DNA from: Octopus sinensis
Taxonomy: Eukaryota
Direction of reading: 5' to 3'
NCBI RefSeq assembly: GCF_006345805.1
Contig: NC_043004.1
Coordinates: 70,928,001 to 70,992,000 of the forward strand
DNA length: 64,000 bases
Shown: positions 37,831-50,935 of the stretch, piece by piece
Numbering within the stretch: position 1 is the stretch's first letter
How the letters are laid out: each line of letters starts with the position of its first letter
Notes under the pieces: generated by a model
Told to the model about the DNA's origin: nothing
The model's database searches: none
What the model saw: only the letters and a program-made list of their open reading frames with translations
Translations under genes and position numbers: made by a program

Positions 37831-38097
37831 GTGACCTGGTGACCTGGTGAAAAGGTATGTAATGGTAAGAAATGAAAGGGAGACATGGTGATAGGGTAGG
37901 GGAGGAGGAGGCAGTATATGGGGGGATTAGAGTGAGTGGCAAAGAAAGGTGGGGGGAGGTGTCATTGATAGAATATGAGATGGTGTTAAGATTGGAGAAA
38001 GGACATCAGTAGGGTGCATTTCAAAGGATGGACGTATGTGTGTGTATGTATATGTGTGTGTATATGTGTCTGTGTATATGTGTCTGTGTATATCTAG

Positions 38098-38440
38098 ACT
38101 CTCCTCAAATAGGGACATTTTTAAATTGCGTTGCCCCAGTATATAATAAGTCTCTAAAAGATAGTGGGTTTATCAAGGAAATAACCTAAACACCTGCCAC
38201 CAGTCCAATAATAAAGAAGAGGAAACAGGAATAGGAAAACTTAAAAAGAGCATTTTTTTCAATGGCCCGATAACTGAAGAGATGGCAGCGTGGGTTGCTG
38301 CCCTGACATCTGAAACTCAGAGTTTTATCATGGCTACCGAATAATTGTCACATATTATATTTACAGATAAATTCCTCTATTTACATATTATTGAGGTCTC
38401 TTTCATTCTTTTATTGTCGTCTTACCATGTCTGTCAATAA
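38098..38440 (+). mobile_element. Penelope-like element remnant (RT C-terminal fragment joined to hammerhead-containing end)
   Basis: SSNRDIF/(+1)NCVAPVYNKSLKDSGFIKEIT matches the PLE SS...IF..AAP.YN.AL..SG(Y/F) motif, followed by a basic KKRK..NRK stretch and a hammerhead-like fold. Confidence 0.65.
38263..38336 (+). ncRNA. Type I hammerhead ribozyme-like motif (one extra U before GAAA)
   Basis: Stem I GATAA(38269-73)/TTATC(38325-29) plus TGGCC/GGCTA. Core CTGAAGA(38274-80), stem II GATG..GCAGC/GCTGC..CATC, T, GAAA(38312-15), stem III CT-CAG-AG, GTT triplet. Confidence 0.6.
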
Positions 38441-38519
38441 GATATATATATATATATATATATATATCTATATATATATAATATATATAGTATATATATA
38501 TATATATAATATATATATA

Positions 38520-38778
38520 TATTGGCCCAGTGGTTAGGGCAGCGGACTCCCGGTCATAGGATCGCGGTTTCGATTCCCAGACCGGGCATTGTGTGTGTTT
38601 ATTGATCTAAAACACCTAAAAGCACCACGAGGCTCTGGCAGGGGGTGGTGATCCACTCTTTCTCTCACTCTTTCTTGACGGGATGGCATCATTCGAAGGC
38701 TAAAACAATGCGAACGCATTGTGAACAGCGATGTGTAGCAACATCTGATGGTCTGGTCGGTCACGTGATCACGTGATA
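38520..38778 (+). mobile_element. SINE family D, apparently full length
   Basis: tRNA-like head with A/B boxes, CpG-rich, ends GGTCACGTGATCACGTG before (AT)n. Confidence 0.85.
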
Positions 38779-39126
38779 TATATATATATAAATAATAATA
38801 ATAATAATGATGGACTGTCCGATCGAAGGTGACATATGAGTGTTCAGCTTTTGGTGAAAGATCTGCATGAATGATATGTTGATAGTGATGAAATGTATGT
38901 GCTGTACATTAGCTTACTTTCTCCATCAAATCAATGTTACCTGAACAGGTGCATGGTCTGCCTCGTAACAGGTGCTGAAGTGATTGCAGAGCAATGCGAA
39001 ATGAATTGTTTTACTCAAGAACATAACACACCACCTGGTCTAGGAATTGAAACCACGATCTGGTGATCATGAGTGCAACACCCTAACCACTAGGCCATGT
39101 GTCTGCACACACACACACACACACAT

Positions 39127-40995
39127 GCATACCTCATCCTACCTCATTAATTGGTTCCAGGAGACATGACTCAAGTTGAATTTACTCGTCTCTAGGCTAA
39201 ACCAATAAGAACCATTCCCAGTTTTGTATTTTATTTATGAATGCATTTTCAATAATACATGGTTAATAAAAAACTTATTCTAAGCTTACAAAGAAACAAT
39301 TTTTATTTTTTTAATACAGTGTAGTAAGAAAAAACGTAATCTAAATTTACAAATACAATTTGGCGGTGTTTACCGTACATTGCAGATGCTTTATTTATGA
39401 ATGCAGTTTGCAATAAAACATGGTAAAATAAAAACTTTTTTTAAGCTTAAAAAACAAATTCGTAATTATTATTATTTTGCAATAGTAATAAAAACTAAAT
39501 TATTTTAAATTCACCAATACATACAATTTGGTGGTTTGCATCACAGGTGTAAATGTCTTCGGATCCACAACATCAGCAGCTGACTCTGGCCGTTCAAAAT
39601 CTATAATGTTTTGCGGGAGGCCAGGAGCATTATCTAAAGTAAATAAAGCCTTAAAAGGAATTCCCTTCTCCTTACAGTACTTCTCTGGTGCTGGGATAAA
39701 ATGATTGAAGAATCAATCTTCAAAAACAACAACAGTAACCCAAGCTTTTTAATTAGCCATCCATATAAAGCAGGGAGAGATGCCTTGGGTATGTTCTTCA
39801 GGGCACGGGGGTTGTGTGCATGATACACAAGCAATGGCTTTAACTTAAAATCTCCTGCACAATTATCTCCCAACATAATGGTCACACGTTCTTTTGAGAC
39901 CTTGGAGTTTTCTCCTCCTTGGAAATGACTGAACAGTCTGGCAACTTTTTACCAATACAATCCAGTTTCGTCTACATTAAAAATCTGTTCGAGAAGAAAC
40001 CTGTTTTCTTCGATGATTTTCTTTAAGGCATTAGGAAATTCCGCTGCTGCTTGTTTGTCAGCTGATGCACTTTCACCTTGCTTCTTAATGGAGTGATGAC
40101 TTCTTCGCTCCATAAATCTTATGAACCATCTTTGCCTTGCCTTGAACTTTACATCTTTCTCATCTGGATATTTTTTCTTTAGGTCCTCAAAGACAACGCT
40201 TTCTCTTGAATGATTTCTTGACTAATAGTAGCACGCTGATGATTCAACCTAACAATCCAAAGAGAATGAAGACTTATCATTTCGTCAAAGATTTTGCCTC
40301 TTTTCTTATTGATGACAGTGTTTTTCATCCCTGGGGCTTCAGATTTGATATGTGCTAAAATCTTGTCCTTATTATGTACAATCGTCAATACAGTTGTCCA
40401 ATTCATCCCAAAAGATCATGCAATTGCTACCACATTTTCACTTTTTACATGGCGTTTTATAATAGCCAGTTTATCTTCCAGCGATATAGCATGACGCTTA
40501 GCAGTTTCACTATGAATTTTCTTAGGAGCCAGGGGGGCAAAAAATAAAGTCACAAATGAATGGGAATGAGAAAGTAGGAGAAACAAATCTGCATTCAAAA
40601 CAATTGCAGGAATCATGAGTGACAACGACGCCTAACGGTAGATATTGGCACTACAGTGTAATATGAGTTCTGAAAGACCAATAAATAAGACAACACAGCT
40701 GATTTCATGATTTCATTCACTAAGCTACACTGCTTTGTGGTGTGTATCTGAACATTTACTGTACATATTTTAATATGATTTTATATGCTTTTATTCTTAT
40801 TTATGATACATTAACATGATTTTATGTGCTTTTAACAGCTTTTTAGCGATTTTACGATTCCAGTATTCGTGGTGGACAGATGTAAAGTCAAGTAAAATGA
40901 CTTGGCTTGATTTTTATTTTTCCATATATTATTTTTGAGAACCGGCGTATAATCAAGAACAACTTAAATCAAACTGACTTAAGCTGAGGTACATG
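39127..40995 (-). mobile_element. Tigger/pogo DNA transposon, decayed transposase
   Basis: KRHAISLEDKLAII (HTH-psq), KIFDEM...LWI...ISQEIIQEKALSL (CENP-B-type HTH) and TIMLGDNCAGDFKLKPLLVYHAHNPRALKNIPK (DDE_1) across ORFs 40416-40625, 40179-40406 and 39634-39885. Confidence 0.9.
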
Positions 40996-41048
<53 letters not shown>

Positions 41049-41056
41049 TATATATA

Positions 41057-41199
41057 TGTGTAAGTAGCTTGCTACCAACTACATGGTTCCGGGTTCATTC
41101 CCACTGCGTGATACCTTGGGCAATGTCTTCTACTATAGCCTCGGGCTGACCAAAGCCTTGTGAGTGGATTTAGTAGACGGAAACTGAAAGAAGCTCGTA

Positions 41200-41240
<41 letters not shown>

Positions 41241-41449
41241 GTGTGTATATGTTTGTGTGTCTGTGTTTGAACCCCAACATTGCTTGACAACCAATGGTGG
41301 TGTGTTTAAGTCCCCATAACTTAGTGGTTTGGCAAAAGAGACCGATAAATAAGTACTAGGCTTCCAAAGAATAAGTCCTGGTGTCAGTTTGCTTGACTAA
41401 AGGCGGTGCTCCAGCATGGCCGCAGTCAAATGACTGAAACAAAAAAGAG
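41057..41449 (+). mobile_element. SINE family A
   Basis: Body and tail match 28924-29304. Confidence 0.88.
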
Positions 41450-43023
41450 AAAGAGAATATTTATAGAAATATGTATATTTATGTGTGTCTGTGTGTTTGT
41501 GTGTGTGTAATGCATATGTGTGCATATACATTGAATTGCCATGGTTACTTAAGATGAGGAGAGAAAGAAAGCTGTGCATCTAACGGTGGTGTGGAGATGA
41601 GTGATGAGAGAGATGGAAATAGAAATATAGGACAGATAGATAAACAGGATGTGAGAGTGATTGCAATTTTATATATATATATATATATATGCACATACAC
41701 ACACACACACATATATATACATATATAAGGGAGAGAGAGAAGTAGAATATTAATTTACACACACACACACACATATATAGTTAAAGGTACAGATTCAGAA
41801 TGAAAGGTATTTATGAGAGAGAAAGAGAGAGAGAGAGGGGGGGAAGACAGTTGATAAAGAGATATAAGGAAATAGACAGATCAATAGGTAGAGAGAGATA
41901 TTTGGAGACAGAGAGACAGAAAGGGATAGATGGAAGAGTGTCTCCAAGACAGGCTGCTTAAAGTACATTCTACCTTTAGTTGATTAAAAGCAAGTGGACA
42001 GTCTACAATATCAGAGAGCAAGTAACTGGATTGAACTAGTAAATGTCTTCTTTAATCTAATTTCTTCTTTGATTTCTCCATGCTTACAAATTTACTGTTG
42101 TCGTTATTGTTCTTGTTGTTGTTGTTGAAATCTGATTGAGTTGACCTATCACTTTCCTCTTATGACCATCACAGCTTACATTCAAAACTATTACTACGAT
42201 TGCGTTAGGGTCATGTTTAAAGTGAATTTGGCCAGGAGGACACAGTGAATGGCTGATGTTGATTCATTTGGTGGTGAATGTCATGGTTGGGATGTTTTTA
42301 TCCATAGGTCTCTGCTTGACCATGGTCTGACCTGGGATTAAGGAACGATAATAAAGGAGGTATCCATGTTGTCAATAGATCTGGTAGAAATAGCAGTCAA
42401 ATCTTCTCACCGTTTTGTTTGTCAAACAGACTTTATGTAGGTCTGTTATGCTCTATCCAACTGAGGATAGATAACAACTGAGGGGGTTGCTGAATGGTCA
42501 GTTTCTTGTTGTTAGTTGGCCCTTATATGAATAGGTCAATCCAATATGGTCAGACATAAACTACACAACTCCTACTCTTACTCATGGTAAGAAATCTTAC
42601 TATAATGGGGTCATACATAACTGCAAAAGTATAAAGGGTAAAGACTCCCTTCAGTCATGAATGACCATGGGATTGCACCTAGAAAGTTCTCCTCCAAAGC
42701 ACTAGTCCAAGCAAGGTTATTTTATGGAAGACCAGCAGTCACCCATGCATGCCAGCCTCTCCTCTCCATGCCACCGATGTTATCCAAGGGAAAGGCAAAG
42801 GCTGGTACAGTTTGGCAACTCATTTCTACAGCTGAATGAAGTGGAGCAATGTGAAGTAAAGTGTCTTGCTCAAGAACACAACACACACTCTGGTCCGGGA
42901 ATCGAACTCACTATCTCATGAATGTAAGCCTGATGCTCTAACGACTGAGCTATGTGCCTTCACATTGCGAAAGTATACTCTCAGCATTACTTGTCGTATG
43001 ACAGATAGCATTCTTGTATATAA

Positions 43024-43185
43024 TACCATACTTGATAACATATAAGACATACGTTTTCAAAAGAATGCCTCAAAAAAACTCACCCCGAAATTGGCCCTCA
43101 TGCTTTAACACAGTAAAAACTCTTTTCCTTGAAATTGGGGTGCATCTCATATGCCCGTGTGTCTTATATGCTGTTAAACATGGTT
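43024..43185. mobile_element. pogo/Tc2-like MITE (degenerate)
   Basis: Left TACCATAC...CATATAAGACATACG pairs imperfectly with right CGTGTGTCTTATATG...CATGGT. Confidence 0.5.
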
Positions 43186-43419
43186 AAGTAGTGGCTTATG
43201 TCGTCTCAAAGATATGGCAACTTTTATCCTCTTGCACCTTTCATCTAGTTGTATATTTCTTCTCTTCCCATATCCATTTCTTCTTGTCTTTAACCCTTTT
43301 GTTACCAAATTTCTTTTGAAATTTACTGCCCTTCTTTCAATTAATTTTGAGAATAATGAAAAATTCAGTAAAATGATCTTTGTCTAAAGTTGTGTAAATG
43401 AACATGTTAGTTTTATGGA

Positions 43420-43744
43420 CAGCCATGGCCAAAAGTTTGGAACATAGATCTCAAAAATTGGAATTTATATATTAAATGTCCAAAGTTGTATTTGATTTGC
43501 TAAATATTACTTGGCCAAAAGTTTGGAACATAGATCTGAAAATTAGGTCTGGAATTTTTATATTAAATGCCCAAAGTTATATATTTAATTTGCAATATAT
43601 TATTACCTGGCCAAAAGTTTGGAACATAGGATGAAAATTAGAATTTTTTATATTAAATACCCAAAGTTATATTTGCAAAGAATTGTACTTGGGCATAACA
43701 GTTCTAATTTTTAAATAAATGTTCCAAACTTTTGGCCATGGCTG
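43420..43744. mobile_element. Tc1-like MITE with internal direct repeats
   Basis: TIRs CAGCCATGGCCAAAAGTTTGGAACAT / ATGTTCCAAACTTTTGGCCATGGCTG. TA on the right, GA on the left. Confidence 0.85.
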
Positions 43745-44047
43745 TAAGTTAACATGAAGTTTATATTAGTTAACATGAAAATTTAATGAAAAGTTTTAAT
43801 TCAATTTCTTTTTTATATCAATCTGCTTGAGGCCAGCCTTGGTTCTATGATACAAAGTTTCCATTTTAAAATGATTGAAATTCAAACTTTCCATCAAAAT
43901 TTTTCAATTTCTGTTCAAAACACCAGCTTATAAATGACAAAGTCATTTTACTAAATTCTTCTTTAAATTAATTGAAATAAAAGAGTTTTTCTATAAAAAT
44001 ATAGTAATGTGAAGTTTAAATCACTTTAAAACAGACAGTTTTCTCTC

Positions 44048-44183
44048 ATAGGACCAAGAGTTGTCTCAGATGAAGAGTTTTATCATAGGACCAAGCATTG
44101 TCTCAGACAAAGAGCTGTATTATAGGACCAAGTGTTGTCTCAGACAAAGAGCTGTATTATAGGACCAAGTGTTGTCTCAGATA
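44048..44183. repeat. 37-bp tandem repeat, ~3.7 copies
   Basis: ATAGGACCAAGTGTTGTCTCAGACAAAGAGCTGTATT units start at 44048, 44085, 44122 and 44159. Confidence 0.9.
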
Positions 44184-45430
44184 AGCTTGTGTCTGTCTGT
44201 ATGCGTATATTGAAACCAGAAGACATGTATTTGTACACAAGTATACATTCAGTAAGCACAAATGTATGCACACAAACATACAGAAGGATATAAAGAATGG
44301 AAAAAAAGAGGGAGAGAGAGAGAAACTTATAATCAGGTATTCTTGGCAAAGTTTGTGGTGGCAGGGGTGGTTGGATGGGCAAACTATTTTTTCATAATTT
44401 AAAAAAAAAAAGTTTCTCTTACCAAGCCACAAGTGCTATGAGTAAATTATAATTTGATAACAAGGGGTGGTGTGTGTCCGGGCAGTGAGTGGAGTAGGAA
44501 AGGAGGAGGTAGAAGAGGAAGAAGAGGAATTTATATTTGGAAATATTCTGAGATAAGTCTGTAATAATAAATCCCCTTTCTGCTTCTTTTCTTTCTCTCT
44601 TCCTCTCCTTATTCTTCTTCTCCTTTTTCTTCTTCTTCTCCACATTGCAGTGCTAAATAATCGCAGCTCTCTACAAACTGATTATTTTTCAATAATTGAC
44701 TTAACTTTTCAAGATAATGTATTTGGTGGATTCCAGTATGTCTTTTGAACTTTTGGCTGCTCTGATGCTTTTCTTTATACTCATTCAGAAATCTTGATTT
44801 TGTTTGCTTTTTTCTTCATTTTTTCTTTCCTTTTTCTTGATTTTTTCTTTTTTCTTTTCTTAATTTTTTCTTTTTTTTTTTTTATTTCATTTGTTTGTTT
44901 TGCTATCTCTGCTGCTCTGTCCAACTATTTCTGGAATGTTTAAGAAGGAAATGTCCATTATTTTTGAGTTTTAGAGATTCTATATCCAATTCCATAGACA
45001 CACACATGCATGGTTGGGGTTATGATGATGCATCCTCATGTGTGTTTGTGTATATGTTTAATTGTGTATGTATATATATAAATACACATACACACATGTG
45101 TACATATGTGCATACATTTGTGTGTCTGTGTGTATATATATATATATATATGTATATGTATGGGTATGTATGAATGTGTATATATATATATATATATGTA
45201 TACGTATATGTATATATATGTATATGTATATGCATGTATATATATATGTGTATGTATATGTATTTGCCTGTGTATATATGTGTATGTATATCTATATATG
45301 TATATATATATGTATATGCATGCATATATATGAATATATGTATATATGAATACGTATATATGAATACGTATATATGTATATGCATATATATTTATATGCA
45401 TGTATATATATGTTTATACTTCCACGTATG

Positions 45431-45468
<38 letters not shown>

Positions 45469-45729
45469 TATGTACACACATGGACCTTCTAAAGAAATGT
45501 ATATTTATAGAAATATATTTCTTTTTTCGAGGAAAAGGTTGACATTTTCCCACTGATGAAGCTAATCATGGGAGAAACTTCAGAGCCATTATCAATCTTT
45601 TCCCTGTTAAAATAAACTTCATGCTTCTTCATTTAATGGATTTTATGTATGATTATACTTAAAACACACACACACACACACACACACCAGTGTGTTGAAG
45701 TAATGTTGGGATAAGATTCAAATTTTAAT

Positions 45730-46218
45730 CTTTATGGCTGTGTAGTTGAGAAGCTGGTCTGCCAACCATGTGTGCTTGAGTTCATTCCCTCCTTGTGACA
45801 TCTTGGGCAAGTGTTTTCTATTATAGGCTGGTAAGAAGATTTGGTAGATGAAAACCAAAATATGGTTCCGGGTTCAGTCCCACTGTGTGGCACCTTGGGC
45901 AAGTGTCTTCTATTATAGCCTCGGGCCGACCAAAGCCTTATGAGTGGATTTGGTAGACGGAAACTGAAAGAAGCCCGTCGTATATATGTATATATATATG
46001 CATGTGTGTGTTTGTGTGTCTGTGTTTGTCCCTCTGGTGTTGCTTGACAACCGATGTTGGTGTGTTTATGTCCCCGTTACTTAGCGGCTCGGCAAAAAGA
46101 GACCGATAGAATAAGTACTGGGCTTACAAAAAGAATAAGTCCCGGGGTTGATTTGCTCGATTAAAAGCGGTGCTCCAGCATGGCTGCAGTCAAATGACTG
46201 AAACAAGTAAAAGAGTAA
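45730..46218 (+). mobile_element. SINE family A, truncated old copy plus younger copy
   Basis: Degenerate head and body at 45730-45860, then 45862-46218 with an intact tail. Confidence 0.82.
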
Positions 46219-46232
46219 AGAGAGAGAGAGTA

Positions 46233-46270
<38 letters not shown>

Positions 46271-47305
46271 GTGTGTGTGTGTGTGTGTGTGTGCACGTGT
46301 ACCCTTGTGGTGGTTTTTAACTCATGTGTACCCTCACGCGATGTTTTTTACTCTTTGGCATTTAAACTGGCCGTGTCCAGCCCAAATATTCTTCATGCTT
46401 TGTGTTCAAAGTGACCAGATCTGTCCTCTCACACCTACCCTACAGTGTCATGTTGAAAATCAACAAACTCATCATTGAAATCTTGAAGCTTTGAGGTAAT
46501 ATATGATTAATTCAAAGCAATGTGAGTAATAAGAATTACGTTTGACAAAATAATCTGAATGCTAAAGGGCTATGAAAGGAATATTACCTGTTTCAAGTCT
46601 TCCATCAGAAACATGCCTGGCCATGGGGAAATATTACCTTGCTTGGAAACAGGTGAGGGCTGGCAACAGAACGGGCACAAAAAAGGGTAAAGTTACTTTC
46701 TCGAATCATATCAACCCATAAGGGCTGGTTGCCAGGTTTCCTTAGTGTATATATATATATATATTCCCCACCTGGACAGAAGAAGCCCATCGTATATATG
46801 TATATATATATATATATGTGTGTGTGTGTATGTGTGTGTATATGTTTGTGTGTCTGTGTTTGTCTCCCCAACATCGCTTGACAACCACTGCTGGTGTGTT
46901 TATGCCCCCGTAACTTAGTAGTTCAGCGAAAGAGACCGATGGAATAAGTACTAGGCTTCCAAAGAATAAGTCCTGGGGTCGATTCGCTCAACTAAAAAGG
47001 CGGTGCTCCAGCATGGCCACAGTCAAATGACTGAAACAAGTAAAAGAGTATAAGAGTATAGATAACATCACTAATTTTTAGGTATTGAGTGTGTGTGTGG
47101 CCAAATGGTTAAGAAGTTTACTTCTCAATCACATGGTCCAGCGTTTGCTCCCATGGGATCTTAGGAACGTGTCTTCTTTCATAGCATCAGTTCAACCCAA
47201 ACCTTGTAACTGATTTTGGTGTCCTTTAGCTTCCAAATATTTTGAGAGAGAAAAACATGGCAAGGTGTATCTGCTCTTGAAGGTATTGTCTCTAAATTCA
47301 TTAGA

Positions 47306-47466
47306 GCGCAGGAGTGGCTGTGTGGTAAGTAGCTTGTTTACCAACCGCATGGTTCCGGGTTCAATCCCACTGCGTGGCAGCTTGGGCAAGTGTCTTCTAC
47401 TATAGTCTCGGGCCGACCAAAGCCTTGTGAGTGGATTTGGTAGATGGAAACTGAAAGAAGCCCGCC

Positions 47467-47522
<56 letters not shown>

Positions 47523-47735
47523 TTGTGTGTCTGTGTTTGTCCCCCTAGCATTGCTTGACAACCGATGCTGGTGTGTTTATGTCCCCGTCACTTAGCGGTT
47601 TGGCAAAAAAGAGACCGATAGAATAAGTACTGGGCTTACAAAGAATAAGTCCTGGGGTCGAGTTGCTCGATTAAAGGCAGTGCTCCAGCATGGCCGCAGT
47701 CAAATGACTGAAACAAGTAAAAGAGTAAAAGAGTA
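47306..47735 (+). mobile_element. Full-length SINE family A
   Basis: Head to tail match. A further 3' half copy lies at ~46780-47047. Confidence 0.9.
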
Positions 47736-47779
47736 GAGCTGACTGTGTCATTATTTCTTGCTATACTTCTGCTTCTGTG

Positions 47780-47985
47780 AAGCATTTTCTTTTAATCACT
47801 GAAAACTCGAATGTTGTTGCCATTGCATGTTAACTGTTCAGGTGGGGAGTTATTGCATGAAGGATGAGATAATTGGGAAGTGATGCTCCATAAGCAACTA
47901 TAACTGACTTCAACATTGTGCTTGTTGAAAAGCTTATGGCACTTATGTGTGGCTAGGAAATGCTTACTTAACAAGGACAGGAAGG
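47780..47985 (-). mobile_element. Penelope-like element RT/linker remnant
   Basis: ORF 47792-47974 LSKHFLATHKCHKLFNKHNVEVSYSC matches the PLE L...HFP..H...K.FN...VK.SYSC motif. Confidence 0.7.
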
Positions 47986-48178
47986 TTTAAGATATGCTGG
48001 TAGTTGCATTTATGTTATAGGAATATGTGTGTGTGTGTGAATCAAATAATATTACTCTCACTAATATTGTGATTTTGCACGGTGTGTTCAGTCCACACTA
48101 CTACTGTTCAAGGGAGGCGAAGATATCTGTCTGTCTCTTTCTTTCTTTCTTTCTTTCTTTTCTTGCCATCTATCTATA

Positions 48179-48212
<34 letters not shown>

Positions 48213-48816
48213 TGTATCTATCTATCTATCTCTCTATCTATCTATGTGTCTCTCTGTCTATCTATCTGTCTGTCTGTTTTTATCTATCTATCTATCTATC
48301 TATGTTTATGCCTGTCTGTCTGTCTATCAGTCTGTTTATGTAGATGTGTGAGTGTGTGTGTGTGTGTGTGAATTGGTGCTGGGTATACTTAAAAAGAATT
48401 GGCAGCTTGCACCAGAAGAGAGCATTGAGTTGGTCTAGCATAACTTTTGATGCTGCATGTATAGATTTGGCAGGTTTACTCTGGTATTAATGTCTTTGTG
48501 ACAAACGAACTATAAAAGGTCATGGCTTGACCTCAGGTCAAGGGGTGTTAATCATTTGACACATACACATAATTCAGCCTACGTCTCAAGCACACATGCA
48601 CTCACACACGTACACACACTCACACATGTACACACACTCACACATGTACACACACTCACACACTCAATGTAGTATACTAGAAGAGATAGTATTGCATCAC
48701 AATAGAAATATCTATGTATGCATATATGTATGTACATGAATGTGTATCATGTGTGTGTGCATTTATATGTGTGTGTATATATATGTATACATATATATAT
48801 ATATATTATATATATA

Positions 48817-48849
<33 letters not shown>

Positions 48850-48856
48850 CTATACA

Positions 48857-49248
48857 CACACAACACATAGATAGATAGATATAGATAAGTGTATAGTTTT
48901 GTTAGACGAAATGGAAAATAAAATCTGCATGCATGTATGCACTCATGTGAATGTGTGCAGAAATGTGCACATGTATGCATGCATACATGCACGCATGCCA
49001 CACAAAAGAGGAGGGAGAGCTATGCATGAATGCATATATACGTACATATACACATACTCAGACAGTCACACATGTCATTGTACTTGCATATCTATGTGTG
49101 CTATATATATATCTACATATACGTGTGTGTATGTGTATATATATATACCACACACAAATATATATATATATTTTTATGTGCACACAAATATACATGTATA
49201 CATATGCCTACGATATGTGTATATGCATCTATGTGTGTATGTATGTAT

Positions 49249-49302
<54 letters not shown>

Positions 49303-49712
49303 ACACAACACATAGATAGATAGATATAGATAAGTGTATAGTTTTGTTAGACGAAATGGAAAATAAAATCTGCATGCATGTATGCACTCATGTGAATGTG
49401 TGCAGAAATGTGCACATGTATGCATGCATACATGCACGCATGCACACACAAAAGAGGAAGGGAGAGCTATGCATGAATGCATATATATGTACATATATAC
49501 ACATACTCAGACAGACACACATGTGCATTGTACTTGCATATCTATGTGTGCTTATATATATATCTACATATACGTGTGTGTATGTGTATATATATATACA
49601 CACACAAATATATATATATATATTTATATGTGCACACAAATATACATGTATACATATGCCTACGTATATGTGTATGCATCTATGTGTGTATGTATGTATA
49701 TATATATATATA
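48857..49712. repeat. ~445-bp tandem duplication
   Basis: CACACAACACATAGATAGATAGATATAGATAAGTGTATAGTTTTGTTAGACGAAATGG at ~48857 and ~49302; the copies differ mostly by small indels. Confidence 0.9.
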
Positions 49713-50104
49713 TGTGTATGTGTGTGTTTATGCTCATACACACATTCAAAGTATGGCGACTGGAGTTATGCTTGCAATAAATTATTTAAAATGCACGCAC
49801 ACACACACGCACACACAGACACAACACACACACACACACACGCACACACACACGCAAAAAGTGATTTATTTGCCAGCATACAGCAGAGTGGATATGGTTG
49901 TTATTTGTCTGATATGTGACCATAAAGACTGTCTTGAATGTTTGTAGCAGTCATTACTTGATATATGCAACACAAACTGAACATGTAGCAACAGAAAAGA
50001 GAAATAATACATGATTTACAGTCTATTATTATGAATGTATTGATGTATGTGTGTATGTGTGTGTGTCTGTATGTGCCAATGCATGTATGTTTGTACATAG
50101 GTAC

Positions 50105-50155
<51 letters not shown>

Positions 50156-50285
50156 CATATATATGCAAATATAAGCACACTAGTCATGTGCATACTGACA
50201 TACATCCATGCATACATGTATGTAATAACGCGTGCGCATATATATTCATGCATGCATACACACATACATATACATATATATCTGC

Positions 50286-50348
<63 letters not shown>

Positions 50349-50368
50349 TACACACATATATATATATA

Positions 50369-50935
50369 GGTGTGGCTCTGTGGTAAGAAGCTTGCTTACC
50401 AACCATATGGTTCCGGGTTCAGTCACACTATGTGGCACTGTGGGCAAGTGTCTTCTACTATAACCTTGGGCCGACCATAGCCTTGTGAGTGGAATTGGTT
50501 GATGAAAATTGAAAGAAGCCTGGCCTGTAAATATATATATATATATGGATATATATTTATGCGTGTGTGCCTTTGTGTCTGTGTTTCTCCCCCCACCATT
50601 GCTTGACAACCGGTGTTGGTGTGTTTATGTCCCTGAAACTTAGCGCTTCAGCAAAAGAGACTGGTAGAGTAAGTACTAGGCTTAAAAACAATAAGTCCCA
50701 GGGTTGATTTCTTTGAGTAAAGGCGGTGCCCCAGCATGGCCACAGTCAAATGACTGAGACGTGTTAAAGAGATGTGGTTGCATGGTAACAAGTTTACTTC
50801 CCAACCACATGGTTTCAGGTTCAGTTTCACTGCACGTCACTATGGGCAAGTGACTTTTATCATGGCCCTGTGCTGACCATAGCCTTGTAAGTGAATTTCA
50901 TGGGCAGAAACTGAGAGAAGCCTGTCGTGTGTGTT
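50369..50935 (+). mobile_element. SINE family A (full) plus adjacent partial copy
   Basis: 50369-50768 runs head to tail; 50770-50935 is the 5' part of an older copy. Confidence 0.8.

Noticed and set aside
36210-37942. 558-aa and 345-aa minus-strand ORFs
   Set aside because: They run through a 46-bp minisatellite and triplet tracts. The unit is not a multiple of 3 and all frames are open because the strand is C/A-rich.
38520-38590. tRNA-like sequences (also ~368-430, ~6008-6075, ~20410-20485, ~34083-34140)
   Set aside because: A/B boxes are present but no full cloverleaf or acceptor stem; they continue into SINE bodies.
43426-43630. Conserved 22-bp repeats separated by ~65-75 bp, superficially CRISPR-like
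   Set aside because: The intervening segments are homologous to each other and the whole lies inside a TIR element.
44048-44183. CRISPR-sized 37-bp repeat
   Set aside because: No spacers, no cas genes, eukaryotic context.
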